Part shown: positions 53,767 to 63,092 of the stretch, piece by piece
Layout: each line of letters begins with the position of its first letter
How positions within the stretch are numbered: the first letter of the stretch is position 1
Source: Candidatus Aminicenantes bacterium
Lineage (GTDB): Bacteria > Acidobacteriota > Aminicenantia > JAMOAD01
Assembly: GCA_035403085.1 (NCBI GenBank)
Contig: DAONEM010000007.1
Location: 452 to 64,451 of the forward strand
DNA length: 64,000 bases
Direction: 5' to 3'
Program-made: the position numbers and the translations under genes
Notes under the pieces: model-generated
What the model was told of the DNA's origin: nothing
Seen by the model: the letters and a program-made list of their open reading frames with translations, nothing else
Database searches by the model: none

Positions 53767-54686
53767 TCATCTCCTTTCATGGACATAGCGATTATCTCAC
53801 GGATTCGGGGGACCACGTCTTCGATCTGGAAGGTGAAGAGCTCTTCGTCGATCTTTGCAAGGTCTTCCCTATGCTGGCAGAGGCGTCTCCAGAAGGGGTC
53901 TGACGAGAAGATCAGGGGACGGAACTCCCAGGGAAAAGCGAAGCCGATCTGTTTGGAAAAAAGGTTGGAAAACCCGACCAGGGCTACCAAGGGGGACATC
54001 TCCGGAGAGGGGTTGTGGTGGAAGCGAAGAGTCGCCGTGAGTTCCCGGGGAAGGGCCCATTTCAGGGCGAGGGCCTCTCCGACTTCACAATGGTCAGCCC
54101 CGAAGACCTCCCTCTCGTAGGCCAGGTAGTTTCCGCCCATCTGGAGAGCCTTCTGAACGACCTTGCCGTACTCCTCGGGGAAGAAGTGGTTGAGGAGGAT
54201 CTTGCCGATATCGTGAAGAAGGCCGGCGGTGTAGGCCTCTTCAGGAGAGGCGAGGGAGTAGGCACCGGCCAGGTGGCGGGCGATATGGGCAGAAGAGAGG
54301 GAGTGGTGCCAGAAGAGGTGGGTGTCAAAGCACTTCTCCCCCGCTTTCAGGGGGAAGAGGGAGATGATGGAGAGGGAGAGAACGACCTCCCGGACCTGCT
54401 CCAGTCCGAGAAAGACGACGGCCTCCCTGACCGATGTGACCTCCTTGTACCTGTGGAAGAGGGGGGAGTTCGCTAGGCGGATGATTCTGCCCGTCACGAC
54501 CGGGTCCTCCGAGAGGAGTTCTGCGATCTGACCGGTGTTGCAGTTTGGGGAAGAGAGGAGATGCTGAAAGCGGAGAACGAAAGAGGAGAGGACAGGCAAC
54601 CTCTTCATTCTGGCCAGGAGTCTTTCGACGGCGGGGGAGGTCGTCACTTTAGAAGACCTCCAGCTCTTGTCGGACACTCTCGACAA
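53763..54686 (-). CDS. HDOD-domain signalling protein
   Basis: HDOD pattern: LPVLSSFVLRFQHLL..DPVVTGRIIRLANSPLF...GLLHDIGKILL...GADHCEVG. Confidence 0.7.
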   Translation of the reverse strand: MSRVSDKSWRSSKVTTSPAVERLLARMKRLPVLSSFVLRFQHLLSSPNCNTGQIAELLSEDPVVTGRIIRLANSPLFHRYKEVTSVREAVVFLGLEQVREVVLSLSIISLFPLKAGEKCFDTHLFWHHSLSSAHIARHLAGAYSLASPEEAYTAGLLHDIGKILLNHFFPEEYGKVVQKALQMGGNYLAYEREVFGADHCEVGEALALKWALPRELTATLRFHHNPSPEMSPLVALVGFSNLFSKQIGFAFPWEFRPLIFSSDPFWRRLCQHREDLAKIDEELFTFQIEDVVPRIREIIAMSMKGDD

Positions 54687-55476
54687 TCCTGTCCCCCAGG
54701 GAGAGGACCCGCTCCCTGGTGACGTTGAGAATGCCTAGGGAGGGCTCGGCTTCCGGAAAGGGATTCTCCTGGGGGAACCCTAAGGCGTAGTGGTGGCTGA
54801 GAAGGTCGCCGAGCCTTACCAGGGCGCTTTCCTCAGAAAACTTGGGGGAGAGTTCGGGGTTGTGGTGGAAGAAGATCGCCGTCTGTGCTCCCTCGTCAAG
54901 GTTCCACTCCTGGGCTAGAAAATAGCCGATCTCGGTATGGGTAAACTCCAGGAGCTCCTTCTCCAGGGGGCAGATCTCCTTCCCGGTGGAGTAGGATTCG
55001 TCCAAGAGGGGTTCGTAGAGTTCCGGAAGGCTCTGAAGGAGAACGGTCTTGCCGATGTCGTGGAGGAGGCCGTAGATGAAGAGCTCCTCCCTGGGGCCCC
55101 CTTTGATCTCTCGGGTCAGTAGGTGGGTGAAGAGGGCCGTCGAAACCGAATGGCGCCACATGAGACGTTCCTTGAAGGAGCGGGAGGGGAAGGCCCGCTT
55201 GATCCCGAAGGCCAGGGCGAGGGTCTGGATGTTCCGGAGCCCGAGGATGAGAAAGCACTGGGTCAGCGAGGAAGTCGGCCTGGAGAGTCCGTAGAAGGGG
55301 GAGTTGGCGATTCTGAGGATGTCCGCCGTGAAAGCCGGGTCCTTCATGACCAGCGTGCTCAGCTCCGAGAGGGAGACCTCCGGGTCCCGAAGCCGTTCCT
55401 GAAGTTTCAGGACAATGTCCGGTAAAGGGGGAAGAGAGCCCACACGGGAGAGAATCTTCTGAACGTCTGCCCTCAA
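54649..55476 (-). CDS. HDOD-domain signalling protein (second paralogue)
   Basis: HDOD pattern: LPPLPDIVLKLQERL..DPAFTADILRIANSPFY...GLLHDIGKTVL. Overlaps the upstream HDOD gene by 38 nt. Confidence 0.7.
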   Translation of the reverse strand: MRADVQKILSRVGSLPPLPDIVLKLQERLRDPEVSLSELSTLVMKDPAFTADILRIANSPFYGLSRPTSSLTQCFLILGLRNIQTLALAFGIKRAFPSRSFKERLMWRHSVSTALFTHLLTREIKGGPREELFIYGLLHDIGKTVLLQSLPELYEPLLDESYSTGKEICPLEKELLEFTHTEIGYFLAQEWNLDEGAQTAIFFHHNPELSPKFSEESALVRLGDLLSHHYALGFPQENPFPEAEPSLGILNVTRERVLSLGDRIVESVRQELEVF

Positions 55477-56309
55477 GGGTGAACCTCCTTTCTGTAGAAA
55501 ATCGTCTGTGGATAGTGGACCAGTGTGAAGAGTTCGTTGATCGAAAAGATCGACTCCGTCTTGCCGAGGATGAGATGGCCTTCCGGGGTGAGTGCGTCGT
55601 GAAAGTCCTTGATAACCTTCTTGCGGCTCTCCATGTCGAAGTAGATCAGAACGTTCCGGCAGACGATCACGTCGCTGCCTGTGAAAGGCGAAAAGAAGGG
55701 AATATCCAGAAGATTCATGTGAAAAAATTCTACCATACTTCTGATCTCCTGGGAAAGCAAGTACTCGCCTCCCTCCTGGGCGGTGAAGTAACGTTCCCGG
55801 ATCCTCTCAGGGACGTTCCGGACCGAGTAGGCCCGGTATCTGCCCAGACGGGCCTTCTCCAGGACCGCGGTGTTGAGGTCGCAGGCGAGGATCTTGAAGC
55901 GTTGAAGCAGGAGGGGGAACCGCTCCTTGAGGAAGAGGGCCAAGGTGTAGGGCTCCTCCCCGGTGGAACAACCGGCGCAAACGATCTTGATGATCGGTTT
56001 CGCCTCCAGGAGGGGGTAGAGGATGTGGGAGAGAAGGATCTCCGCCGATGTCTCTTCCCGGTAGAAATAGGTCTCGTTAACGGTGACCTCGTTGAAGAGG
56101 TTTTGGAGCTCTCCGTAATGATTCTCCAGGTGGGAGAGGTACTCGTGGAGAGAGGCGAGGTGGAGCGCCGCGATTCGGTTTTCAACCTTGAGGGAGAGGT
56201 ACTCCTGCTTGTAATCGGGAAAGAACATTCCGCTCTTTCGGTAGATCAGATCGCGCAGGTGTGTGAACTCCTGGTAGGAGAGCTCCAGCTTTTCCATGGG
56301 CTCGCTCAA
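55473..56309 (-). CDS. cheR: Chemotaxis protein methyltransferase CheR
   Basis: N-terminal all-helical domain plus SAM-methyltransferase domain (VNETYFYRE...IVCAGCSTGEEPYTLA). Confidence 0.85.
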   Translation of the reverse strand: MSEPMEKLELSYQEFTHLRDLIYRKSGMFFPDYKQEYLSLKVENRIAALHLASLHEYLSHLENHYGELQNLFNEVTVNETYFYREETSAEILLSHILYPLLEAKPIIKIVCAGCSTGEEPYTLALFLKERFPLLLQRFKILACDLNTAVLEKARLGRYRAYSVRNVPERIRERYFTAQEGGEYLLSQEIRSMVEFFHMNLLDIPFFSPFTGSDVIVCRNVLIYFDMESRKKVIKDFHDALTPEGHLILGKTESIFSINELFTLVHYPQTIFYRKEVHP

Positions 56310-57223
56310 CCGCCTAAGAACTTGATCCTTTCCTCACGGCTTACGATCTCGGTGATCCGTAAGGCGAAGTTGGAATCCACCACCACCACCTCTCCACGGG
56401 CCACGAGCTTCCCGTTTACCAGAAGATCGATGGGGTCGTCAACGGTCTTGTTCAGCTGGATGATCGATCCGAGACCGATCTTCAGGACGTTCTTCAGGGG
56501 CATCTCGGTGGTACCGACCCTGATGACGATCGGAAGCTCTATGTCCATGAGCATGTCGATCTTGGAATCTACATGGGGGTAGCCCTCCAGCGAGGGAGGG
56601 GTCGTCCGGAAGGCTCCGGAGGGGGGAGCGGAAACCGAGGGTGCCGAAGGGGAAGGGGCCGCGGAGGGGTGTGCCTCTTCGGCGGGTTGGAGAAGCCTCT
56701 CCCGAACCTCAGAGGAGATGACCAGGTAGAGGGGGGAGGGAGAGGGAGCGAGGGAGGTCTCGATGGAGGAGAAGAGAATCTCGTCTCCGTCGATTCTCTC
56801 GTAAATCTCTTGCAGAGGGAGTTTCGCGAGGGAGGCCTGCCCGAGGGAGAAGGAGAGGGATGTCTTCTCCTTGATGCCCAGCGCGAAGGAGCTGAGAACT
56901 TGGTTTGAGGCCTCCGTGAGGGCGTCCAGGTCTTCGGCGGAGATCTCCTCTTTTCCCTCTTCCACCCCCATCATCAGGTTGGCGATGAGGCCGCCTACCG
57001 CCAAGGGGTAGAGGAGGTAGACCTTCCCGCCCGATTCGTTCTGGTTCGCCGCGGCCAGGATCACCTCCTTCTCGTTGAGGAGGCGGTTCAAGAGGAAGTC
57101 TTTGGTAACCTCCTCGGCCGTTTCGGGTTTCACGTTCATCTCCTTGCCTAGGAGCATGGAGAGCACAGAGTCGAGGGCCTCTTTCATTTCGTTGCTGAAA
57201 AGGGTTGTCAGGTTTTCACTCAT
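56306..57223 (-). CDS. fliY: Flagellar motor switch protein FliN/FliY (extended N-terminal region plus C-terminal FliN/SpoA domain)
   Basis: C-terminal SpoA/FliN domain (IELPIVIRVGTTEMPLKNVLKIGLGSIIQLNKTVDDPIDLLVNGKLVARGEVVVVD). 305 aa is longer than FliN alone. Confidence 0.75.
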   Translation of the reverse strand: MSENLTTLFSNEMKEALDSVLSMLLGKEMNVKPETAEEVTKDFLLNRLLNEKEVILAAANQNESGGKVYLLYPLAVGGLIANLMMGVEEGKEEISAEDLDALTEASNQVLSSFALGIKEKTSLSFSLGQASLAKLPLQEIYERIDGDEILFSSIETSLAPSPSPLYLVISSEVRERLLQPAEEAHPSAAPSPSAPSVSAPPSGAFRTTPPSLEGYPHVDSKIDMLMDIELPIVIRVGTTEMPLKNVLKIGLGSIIQLNKTVDDPIDLLVNGKLVARGEVVVVDSNFALRITEIVSREERIKFLGG

Positions 57224-58226
57224 TGTCGAACCTCTTGATCAGGGATTTCACTCGGAAGGCTTTTTTCTCCTCCACCGAGGAGAGAGAACCGACGAAACGG
57301 GGCTTGTCCTCCACGGAGAGGATCGGGTTCATGGCGGTCTGCTTCTCTATGGCGACCATGTCCCCGACTTCGAGGGAGAGGAGGTCTCGGAACATGACCG
57401 TGTTGCCGGAGATCTCCGCGTTCAGGGAGAAGCGGGAGCTCTTGAGGATGTCCCGGACCTTGAGGATCTCGTCGTCCGAGATCTTCTTCCTCCCGGCGTA
57501 CCAATCTTGGGAAAATTTCTGGGTGATCGGCTCCAGGACGATGGAGGGAACGCAGAAGTTGAACATCCCCGAAGCGGCCCCCATCTTGATCTCGAAAACG
57601 ATCAGGATGATGACCTCGTTGGGGGCGACGATCTGGATGAGCTGGGGTGAGGTCTCTTGGGCGACGACCTTCATGTCCAGCTCGATGATCTGCTTCCACG
57701 TCTCCGAAAGGTCGTGGAGAAGGAGTTGGAGAATCCCGTTGATGATCCTCATCTCGATCTCCGAAATCGCCCGGACAGGACCCTCGTTGGGGCTGCCGGA
57801 GCCCCCGAGAATCTTGTCGATCATGGGGAAGACGATGGACGGGTTCAGCTCCAAGACGCTGTTGCCGTCTAGGGGGGTCATGGAGACGGCGCTGAAGTAG
57901 GTGGGGTCCGGGAGGGAGAGGATGAACTCCGCATAGGTCAACTGTTCGACCGAGACGAGGTTGACTTCGATCAAGGCCCTCAGGTAGGCGGAGAGGGAGG
58001 AGGAGAAGTTTCTCGCGAACCGGTCGTGGAGGTAGTGGATGGAACGGATCTGGTCCTTGGAGAAGCGGTCGGGCCGGCGGAAGTTGTAGATCGCCACCTT
58101 CTTCCGCTCCGCCGGGTGGGAGGGAGGGGGAGCTCCGTGGGCCGGGGCGGCGGGCTTCTCGGCCGGACTTCCGGAGAGAGAGTTCAGGAGAGCGTCCACC
58201 TCTTCCTGGGAGAGAATTTTAGCCAT
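57216..58226 (-). CDS. fliM: Flagellar motor switch protein FliM
   Basis: N-terminal CheY-binding peptide LSQEEVDALL, conserved middle domain, 336 aa. Confidence 0.85.
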   Translation of the reverse strand: MAKILSQEEVDALLNSLSGSPAEKPAAPAHGAPPPSHPAERKKVAIYNFRRPDRFSKDQIRSIHYLHDRFARNFSSSLSAYLRALIEVNLVSVEQLTYAEFILSLPDPTYFSAVSMTPLDGNSVLELNPSIVFPMIDKILGGSGSPNEGPVRAISEIEMRIINGILQLLLHDLSETWKQIIELDMKVVAQETSPQLIQIVAPNEVIILIVFEIKMGAASGMFNFCVPSIVLEPITQKFSQDWYAGRKKISDDEILKVRDILKSSRFSLNAEISGNTVMFRDLLSLEVGDMVAIEKQTAMNPILSVEDKPRFVGSLSSVEEKKAFRVKSLIKRFDNE

Positions 58227-59001
58227 TGGGGCCTCCTTTCAACGGGGAGACAGGGATTCTGAGCCTTTCAAGGATTCGACTGTTGAGGCGGTTGTGGGCC
58301 TGGGCGAGAATCTGTGAGATCCGAGGCTCCGTGACGCCTAAGATCTCGGCGATCTCCTTTTGGTGCATTTCTTCGTAGTAGAGCAGAGAAACCGCCTGCT
58401 TCTCGCGCTCCGGGAGGTTGGTGATCTCTTCGGTGAGGATCTCCAGAAGCTCCCTTCTGGTAAGGGATGCCAACTGTTCGTCAGGGTTTGTGAGCTCCAG
58501 GGCCGAGAAGACCTCGTCCTCCTCTAGACCGCCTTCGACGGTGTGTGAAGAGAAGGTGACCGGACCGTTGCGCAGAAGGTTCTTCATCTCCTGAAGGCTC
58601 TCCAGGGAGATCTCCAGTTTATCGGCGACCTCTTGCTCCGTAGGGTGTCGTCCGAGGGGGGTCTCCAGAGAGGCGGAGGCCCGGTCGATCTTTTTCTTCA
58701 TCTCCCTCGCCGAGCGGGGGAGCCAGTCGGCGTTTCTCATCTCGTCGATGACCGCCCCGCGGATGCGGCGGCCTGCGAAGACCACGAGTTCGACGCCCAG
58801 GGAGGGGTCGAAGCGCTCCACCGCGTCGATCAAGCCCAGGACGCCGGAGTTTCTCATGTCGTCGTAGAAACTGCTTTGAATGTGGGGCGGAAGCGGGGCG
58901 AGGACTCTTCTGACGATCCTTTCGACCTCGGGCAGGAGTCTGGCGATCTCCGATCGCTTCTCTTCCTGGCTGAGTCTTGTGGACGTCGTGGGAGTCTTCA
59001 T
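58219..59001 (-). CDS. fliA: Flagellar sigma factor FliA (sigma-28)
   Basis: Region-2 GLIDAVERFDP and region-4 HTH (EIAEILGVTEPRISQI). 260 aa. Confidence 0.85.
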   Translation of the reverse strand: MKTPTTSTRLSQEEKRSEIARLLPEVERIVRRVLAPLPPHIQSSFYDDMRNSGVLGLIDAVERFDPSLGVELVVFAGRRIRGAVIDEMRNADWLPRSAREMKKKIDRASASLETPLGRHPTEQEVADKLEISLESLQEMKNLLRNGPVTFSSHTVEGGLEEDEVFSALELTNPDEQLASLTRRELLEILTEEITNLPEREKQAVSLLYYEEMHQKEIAEILGVTEPRISQILAQAHNRLNSRILERLRIPVSPLKGGPNG

Positions 59002-59867
59002 TTGAGAATCTCTTTCCAGGGGTTGTAGGAGTCATCCTCTCCCCTGGGGGAGGTCGAAGAGCGGTCAATGTGGTAGAGGAGGGCCTTCGAGAGTACCTGA
59101 AAGGCCTTGCTCACGGGGCTTTCAGGGTAGAGTTCGAGGACCGCCCTCTGCTGGGAGACGGCGCTTCTGAGGGCCTCGTCCTGGGGGAGGTATCCGAGGA
59201 AGTGGAGGCTCTTGCCGAGGAAACGCCTGGTGGCGTTGTCGATCTGGCGGAAGACGCCCTGAGCCTGCTCCACACCGGAGACGCCGTTGACGACCAGGCG
59301 GATGCTCTTCTCCCCGTCGTACTGTCCGATGACCTTGGCAACCGCGTAAGCGTCGACGATGGAGGTCGGCTCCGGGTTCGTTACCAGAAGGATCTCGTCG
59401 GAGGAGAGGAGGAAGCTGATCACGGTGTCCGAGATTCCCGCGGCGGTGTCGATGAGAAGCACATCGGTGAAGCTGTCAACCTTGGCTAGCTCCTCCAGAA
59501 GGTGCTGTTCCCCCAGGGAGTCCAGGTGGGTGAGCTCCTGGATTCCTGAGCCAGCGGGAATGATCTGGATCCCTTGGGGCCCTTCCACAAGGATCTCTTC
59601 CAGAGAGGCGTTCCGGTTGAGAAGGTGGGAGATGTTGTTCTCCGGGGAGAGCCCCAGAAGGATGTCGATGTTGGCCAGGCCGAGGTCGGCGTCGAAGATG
59701 GTCACCCGCTTCCCCCTCTGCTTCAGGGCCAAGGCGAGGTTGATGACCAGGTTTGTCTTGCCGACCCCCCCCTTTCCGGAGGTGATGGCGATGCGCTTCA
59801 TAGGCTGCCTGGGCGGGGAAGAGGGCTTGCGCCGGATTTTTCTGAGACTGTCCGCTTGGTCTTTCAT
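58998..59867 (-). CDS. flhG: Flagellar number regulator FlhG (MinD/ParA-like ATPase; FleN/YlxH)
   Basis: Deviant Walker A ITSGKGGVGKTN; MinD-like; position between flhF and fliA. Confidence 0.85.
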   Translation of the reverse strand: MKDQADSLRKIRRKPSSPPRQPMKRIAITSGKGGVGKTNLVINLALALKQRGKRVTIFDADLGLANIDILLGLSPENNISHLLNRNASLEEILVEGPQGIQIIPAGSGIQELTHLDSLGEQHLLEELAKVDSFTDVLLIDTAAGISDTVISFLLSSDEILLVTNPEPTSIVDAYAVAKVIGQYDGEKSIRLVVNGVSGVEQAQGVFRQIDNATRRFLGKSLHFLGYLPQDEALRSAVSQQRAVLELYPESPVSKAFQVLSKALLYHIDRSSTSPRGEDDSYNPWKEILK

Positions 59868-61012
59868 TTTTCACCTCGTGAGAAGAGCAGATCCACAAGC
59901 TTTCCCGGGGAAGCGATCTCCAGGTCTTCCGGGACCCGTTGCCCGGTTCCGAAATAGGAGAGAGGGAGCTTGGATTGGACAAGAACGTTGAAGAGGTTTC
60001 CATAGCTTACCGTTTCGTCGAGCTTGGTGAAGAGGAGGGAGGAGAGGCTGAAGTGGCGGAAGGCCTGAACCGTGAAGAGCAGGTCCGCGGTCTTCTGAGA
60101 CGAGGAGAGAAGAAGGATGACCTCCAGAGGAAGGCCTTGGAAGAGGGCCTTCTCCTCGCCAAGCTCTTCGCTCCTCGGGCTCCGGCCGGCGGTGTCGATG
60201 AGGATGAGGTCGCTGGCCCTGAAGAGGTCCATGTACTTCTCCAGTTCCTGGCGGTTCTGGGCCAAGGCGAAGGGAAGCCCGATGAGGGAGGCGTAGGTCT
60301 TGAGCTGTTCGGCCGCGCCGATTCTGTAGGTGTCCACGGAGATCAGGGAGACCCTCTTCTCTTCGGCCAGGGAGAAGAAGGCCGCCAGCTTGGCGACGGT
60401 GGTGGTCTTCCCTACGCCGGTGGGGCCCACCAGGGCCAAGACGGGTGTGAGGGATGGGGAGAGGGGTTTGACCTCCGGCAAGGCGCTCAAGAGAACCTTC
60501 GCCAGGCGGGCGTGGAGAGCCGAGGGGTCACCGTGCTCTTTTAGGGGGCTCTGGTACTCGACCATCTTCACCAGGCGGAGGGCCAGCTCGGGGTGGATCT
60601 CACGACTGCAAAGCTCCTTGTAGAGGTTGTAGAAGAGACCGTCCAGGGAGATCCGATCGTTCTCCCGGGTCTGATTCTCCTTGAGCATCGCCTTCATGGA
60701 GGCGATCTCCTCCCTCAGAGGCTCGATGTCGCCCGAGGGGGGGGTGAGGTTCTTCTCCCAACGGCTGAGGGTCTCCTGGGGGGGGGCGACCTTTCCCTCC
60801 AGTCGCTGGGTGCCCCACTGGAGGGTCTCGGCGGAGGCCCGGAAAGGGGGAGAGGCGGACTCCCTCTCCACGGCGGCCATGATCTCAAGCCACTCCCTTC
60901 CGCCCTCCCGGATGGTCTTGTTGGAGAGGATGAAGGCGTCCTCCCCCAACTCCTCCTTGATGCGGTCCATAGCCTCTTTGATGTTGTTGACCTTGTACTT
61001 TTTCAGTTGCAT
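59864..61012 (-). CDS. flhF: Flagellar biosynthesis GTPase FlhF (SRP-type)
   Basis: SRP-GTPase motifs: [34 protein letters not shown]. Confidence 0.85.
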   Translation of the reverse strand: MQLKKYKVNNIKEAMDRIKEELGEDAFILSNKTIREGGREWLEIMAAVERESASPPFRASAETLQWGTQRLEGKVAPPQETLSRWEKNLTPPSGDIEPLREEIASMKAMLKENQTRENDRISLDGLFYNLYKELCSREIHPELALRLVKMVEYQSPLKEHGDPSALHARLAKVLLSALPEVKPLSPSLTPVLALVGPTGVGKTTTVAKLAAFFSLAEEKRVSLISVDTYRIGAAEQLKTYASLIGLPFALAQNRQELEKYMDLFRASDLILIDTAGRSPRSEELGEEKALFQGLPLEVILLLSSSQKTADLLFTVQAFRHFSLSSLLFTKLDETVSYGNLFNVLVQSKLPLSYFGTGQRVPEDLEIASPGKLVDLLFSRGEK

Positions 61013-61013
61013 T

Positions 61014-63092
61014 TCAAATCACCCCCAGGGAAATGACTTTGACTGCGGAGGGAATCTCGGCTACCGAGAGGAAGACGAGTTGGGGTAGGAACCGTTCCGT
61101 CAATTTTTTGACATGGCTCCTGACGTCCGGAGAGGTGAGGACGATGGGTTGAACCTTGAGCCCCGATTTTTCCACGGCTCCCTGGATTCTCTTGACCAGC
61201 TCCCTGGCCATCTCGGGGGGCATGATGAGCTGGGGGAAGCCTTGGCTCCGATCCAAGTGCTTCTGGAGGGCTTCCTCGATCTCCTGACCCAGGATGAGGC
61301 AAGGGAGCTCCTGGGAGGGAGTCAGGTAGGGCGCGGTGAGAGAACGGGAGAGGGCCTGACGGACAAGCTCGGTAAGCTGGTTGATGTCCCTCGTGACGGG
61401 GCCGTAGTCGGCGAGAGTCTCGAGTATGGTCAGCAGATCCCTGACGGAAACATGCTCCCGAAGGAGGTTTTGAATGACCTTGTGGACCTGCCCCACAGAC
61501 ATCACCTTGGGTATGAGCTCTTCGACGACCTTGGGATAGCTCTCGCCCAGGTTGTCCACCAGCTTCTGGGTATCTTGTCGTGTGACGATCTCCTCGGCGA
61601 AGTTCTTGATGACCTCCTTGATGTGTGTGGAGATCACCGTCGCGGGGTCGACAACGGTATAGCCGAGGAACTGGGCGCGTTCCCTCTCCTTCTCTTCGAT
61701 CCAGAAGGCGGGGAGGCCGAAGGCGGGATCCTTCGAAGCGATCCCCTTGATGGTCTCCTTGGCGTTGCCGGGGTTGATCGCCAGCAGGAGGTTGGCGTAG
61801 ACCTCCTCCTTGGCCACCGGGAGGTTCTTGACCAGGATCTGGTACTCCCGGGGGGCCAGCTTCAGGTTGTCTTTGATCCGGATCGAGGGGACGATGATCC
61901 CCAGCTCCAGGGCGAGCTGCTTTCTCGTGGTCTTGATCCTCGCCAGGAGGGGGGCGTCGTTAGCCTTGTCGACCAAGGGGATCAGCGAGTAACCCACTTC
62001 CAGGCCCAGGATGTCCATCTTCAGGAGGGCTTCGATCTTCTCCGGAGGGATCGCCGCCTTCACCTTCTCCTCCTCCCTCTTGGTCTCGATTCGCCCCTTG
62101 GTCTTGTCCTCAAGGATGAGCCGGTAGGTCATGTAGCCCAGGACGGTGGAGACCAGGAAGAAGGGGATCTTGGGGAGGCCGGGGACGAGGCCGAGGAGGA
62201 AGAGGGCGCCTGCGGCGAAGGCCATGGGCCGAATGTTGAACAGGACCTGCTTGGTCATGTCGGCGCCGAGAGTCGAATCCCCGCCGGCTCTGGTGCTGAT
62301 GAGGCCGCCGGAGATGGTCATGAAGAGGGAAGGGAGAACCGAGACCAACCCATCGCCGATGGTGAGGATCGTGAAGGTCTGGAAGGCCGTCGTAGGTTCC
62401 ATCCCCTTCTGAAGGATCCCGATCAGGAGACCTCCGACGATGTTGATCAGGGTGATGATGATGGAGACCAGTGCCTCCCGTGAGGTGAAGCGGATGGCGC
62501 CGTCCATGGCCCCGTAGAACTCCGCCTCCTTCTTGATCACCTCTCTCTTGGCCTTGGCCTCCTCTTCGGTGATGAGGCCGGAGTTGAGGTCGGCGTCGAT
62601 GCTCAACTGCTTGCCCGGCATGGCGTCCAGGACGAAGCGGGCGGAGACTTCGCTGGCCCTGACAGCGCCGTGGGCGACGACCATGTACTGGATGGCGATG
62701 ATCACCAGGAAGACGATCACGCCGACGACGTAGTTGCCGCCGACGACGAACTGACCGAACGAGGCGATGACCCTACCCGCCGCGGTAACTCCCTCGTCGC
62801 CGTGGAGGAGGATCAGACGGGTCGTGGAGATGTTCAGAGCCAAGCGGAAGAGGGTCGACATGAGCAGGACCGAAGGGAAGACGGAGAAGCTCGAGGGCTG
62901 AACGATGTAGGCCGTGATCATGAGAACCGAGACGGAGATCGTGATGTTGAGGGTGAGGAGGAGGTCCAGGAGAAGCGGCGGGAGGGGGACCAGGATCATG
63001 GCGATGATCACGATCAGGAAGAGGGGGGCGACGACATGGGAGCGGCTTCCGAGGAAGGTGTTCAGCGTGAGGGAGCTATCCTGCGCGGCCAT
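61014..63092 (-). CDS. flhA: Flagellar export apparatus protein FlhA
   Basis: 692 aa with an N-terminal polytopic membrane domain plus cytoplasmic domain. Confidence 0.9.
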   Translation of the reverse strand: MAAQDSSLTLNTFLGSRSHVVAPLFLIVIIAMILVPLPPLLLDLLLTLNITISVSVLMITAYIVQPSSFSVFPSVLLMSTLFRLALNISTTRLILLHGDEGVTAAGRVIASFGQFVVGGNYVVGVIVFLVIIAIQYMVVAHGAVRASEVSARFVLDAMPGKQLSIDADLNSGLITEEEAKAKREVIKKEAEFYGAMDGAIRFTSREALVSIIITLINIVGGLLIGILQKGMEPTTAFQTFTILTIGDGLVSVLPSLFMTISGGLISTRAGGDSTLGADMTKQVLFNIRPMAFAAGALFLLGLVPGLPKIPFFLVSTVLGYMTYRLILEDKTKGRIETKREEEKVKAAIPPEKIEALLKMDILGLEVGYSLIPLVDKANDAPLLARIKTTRKQLALELGIIVPSIRIKDNLKLAPREYQILVKNLPVAKEEVYANLLLAINPGNAKETIKGIASKDPAFGLPAFWIEEKERERAQFLGYTVVDPATVISTHIKEVIKNFAEEIVTRQDTQKLVDNLGESYPKVVEELIPKVMSVGQVHKVIQNLLREHVSVRDLLTILETLADYGPVTRDINQLTELVRQALSRSLTAPYLTPSQELPCLILGQEIEEALQKHLDRSQGFPQLIMPPEMARELVKRIQGAVEKSGLKVQPIVLTSPDVRSHVKKLTERFLPQLVFLSVAEIPSAVKVISLGVI

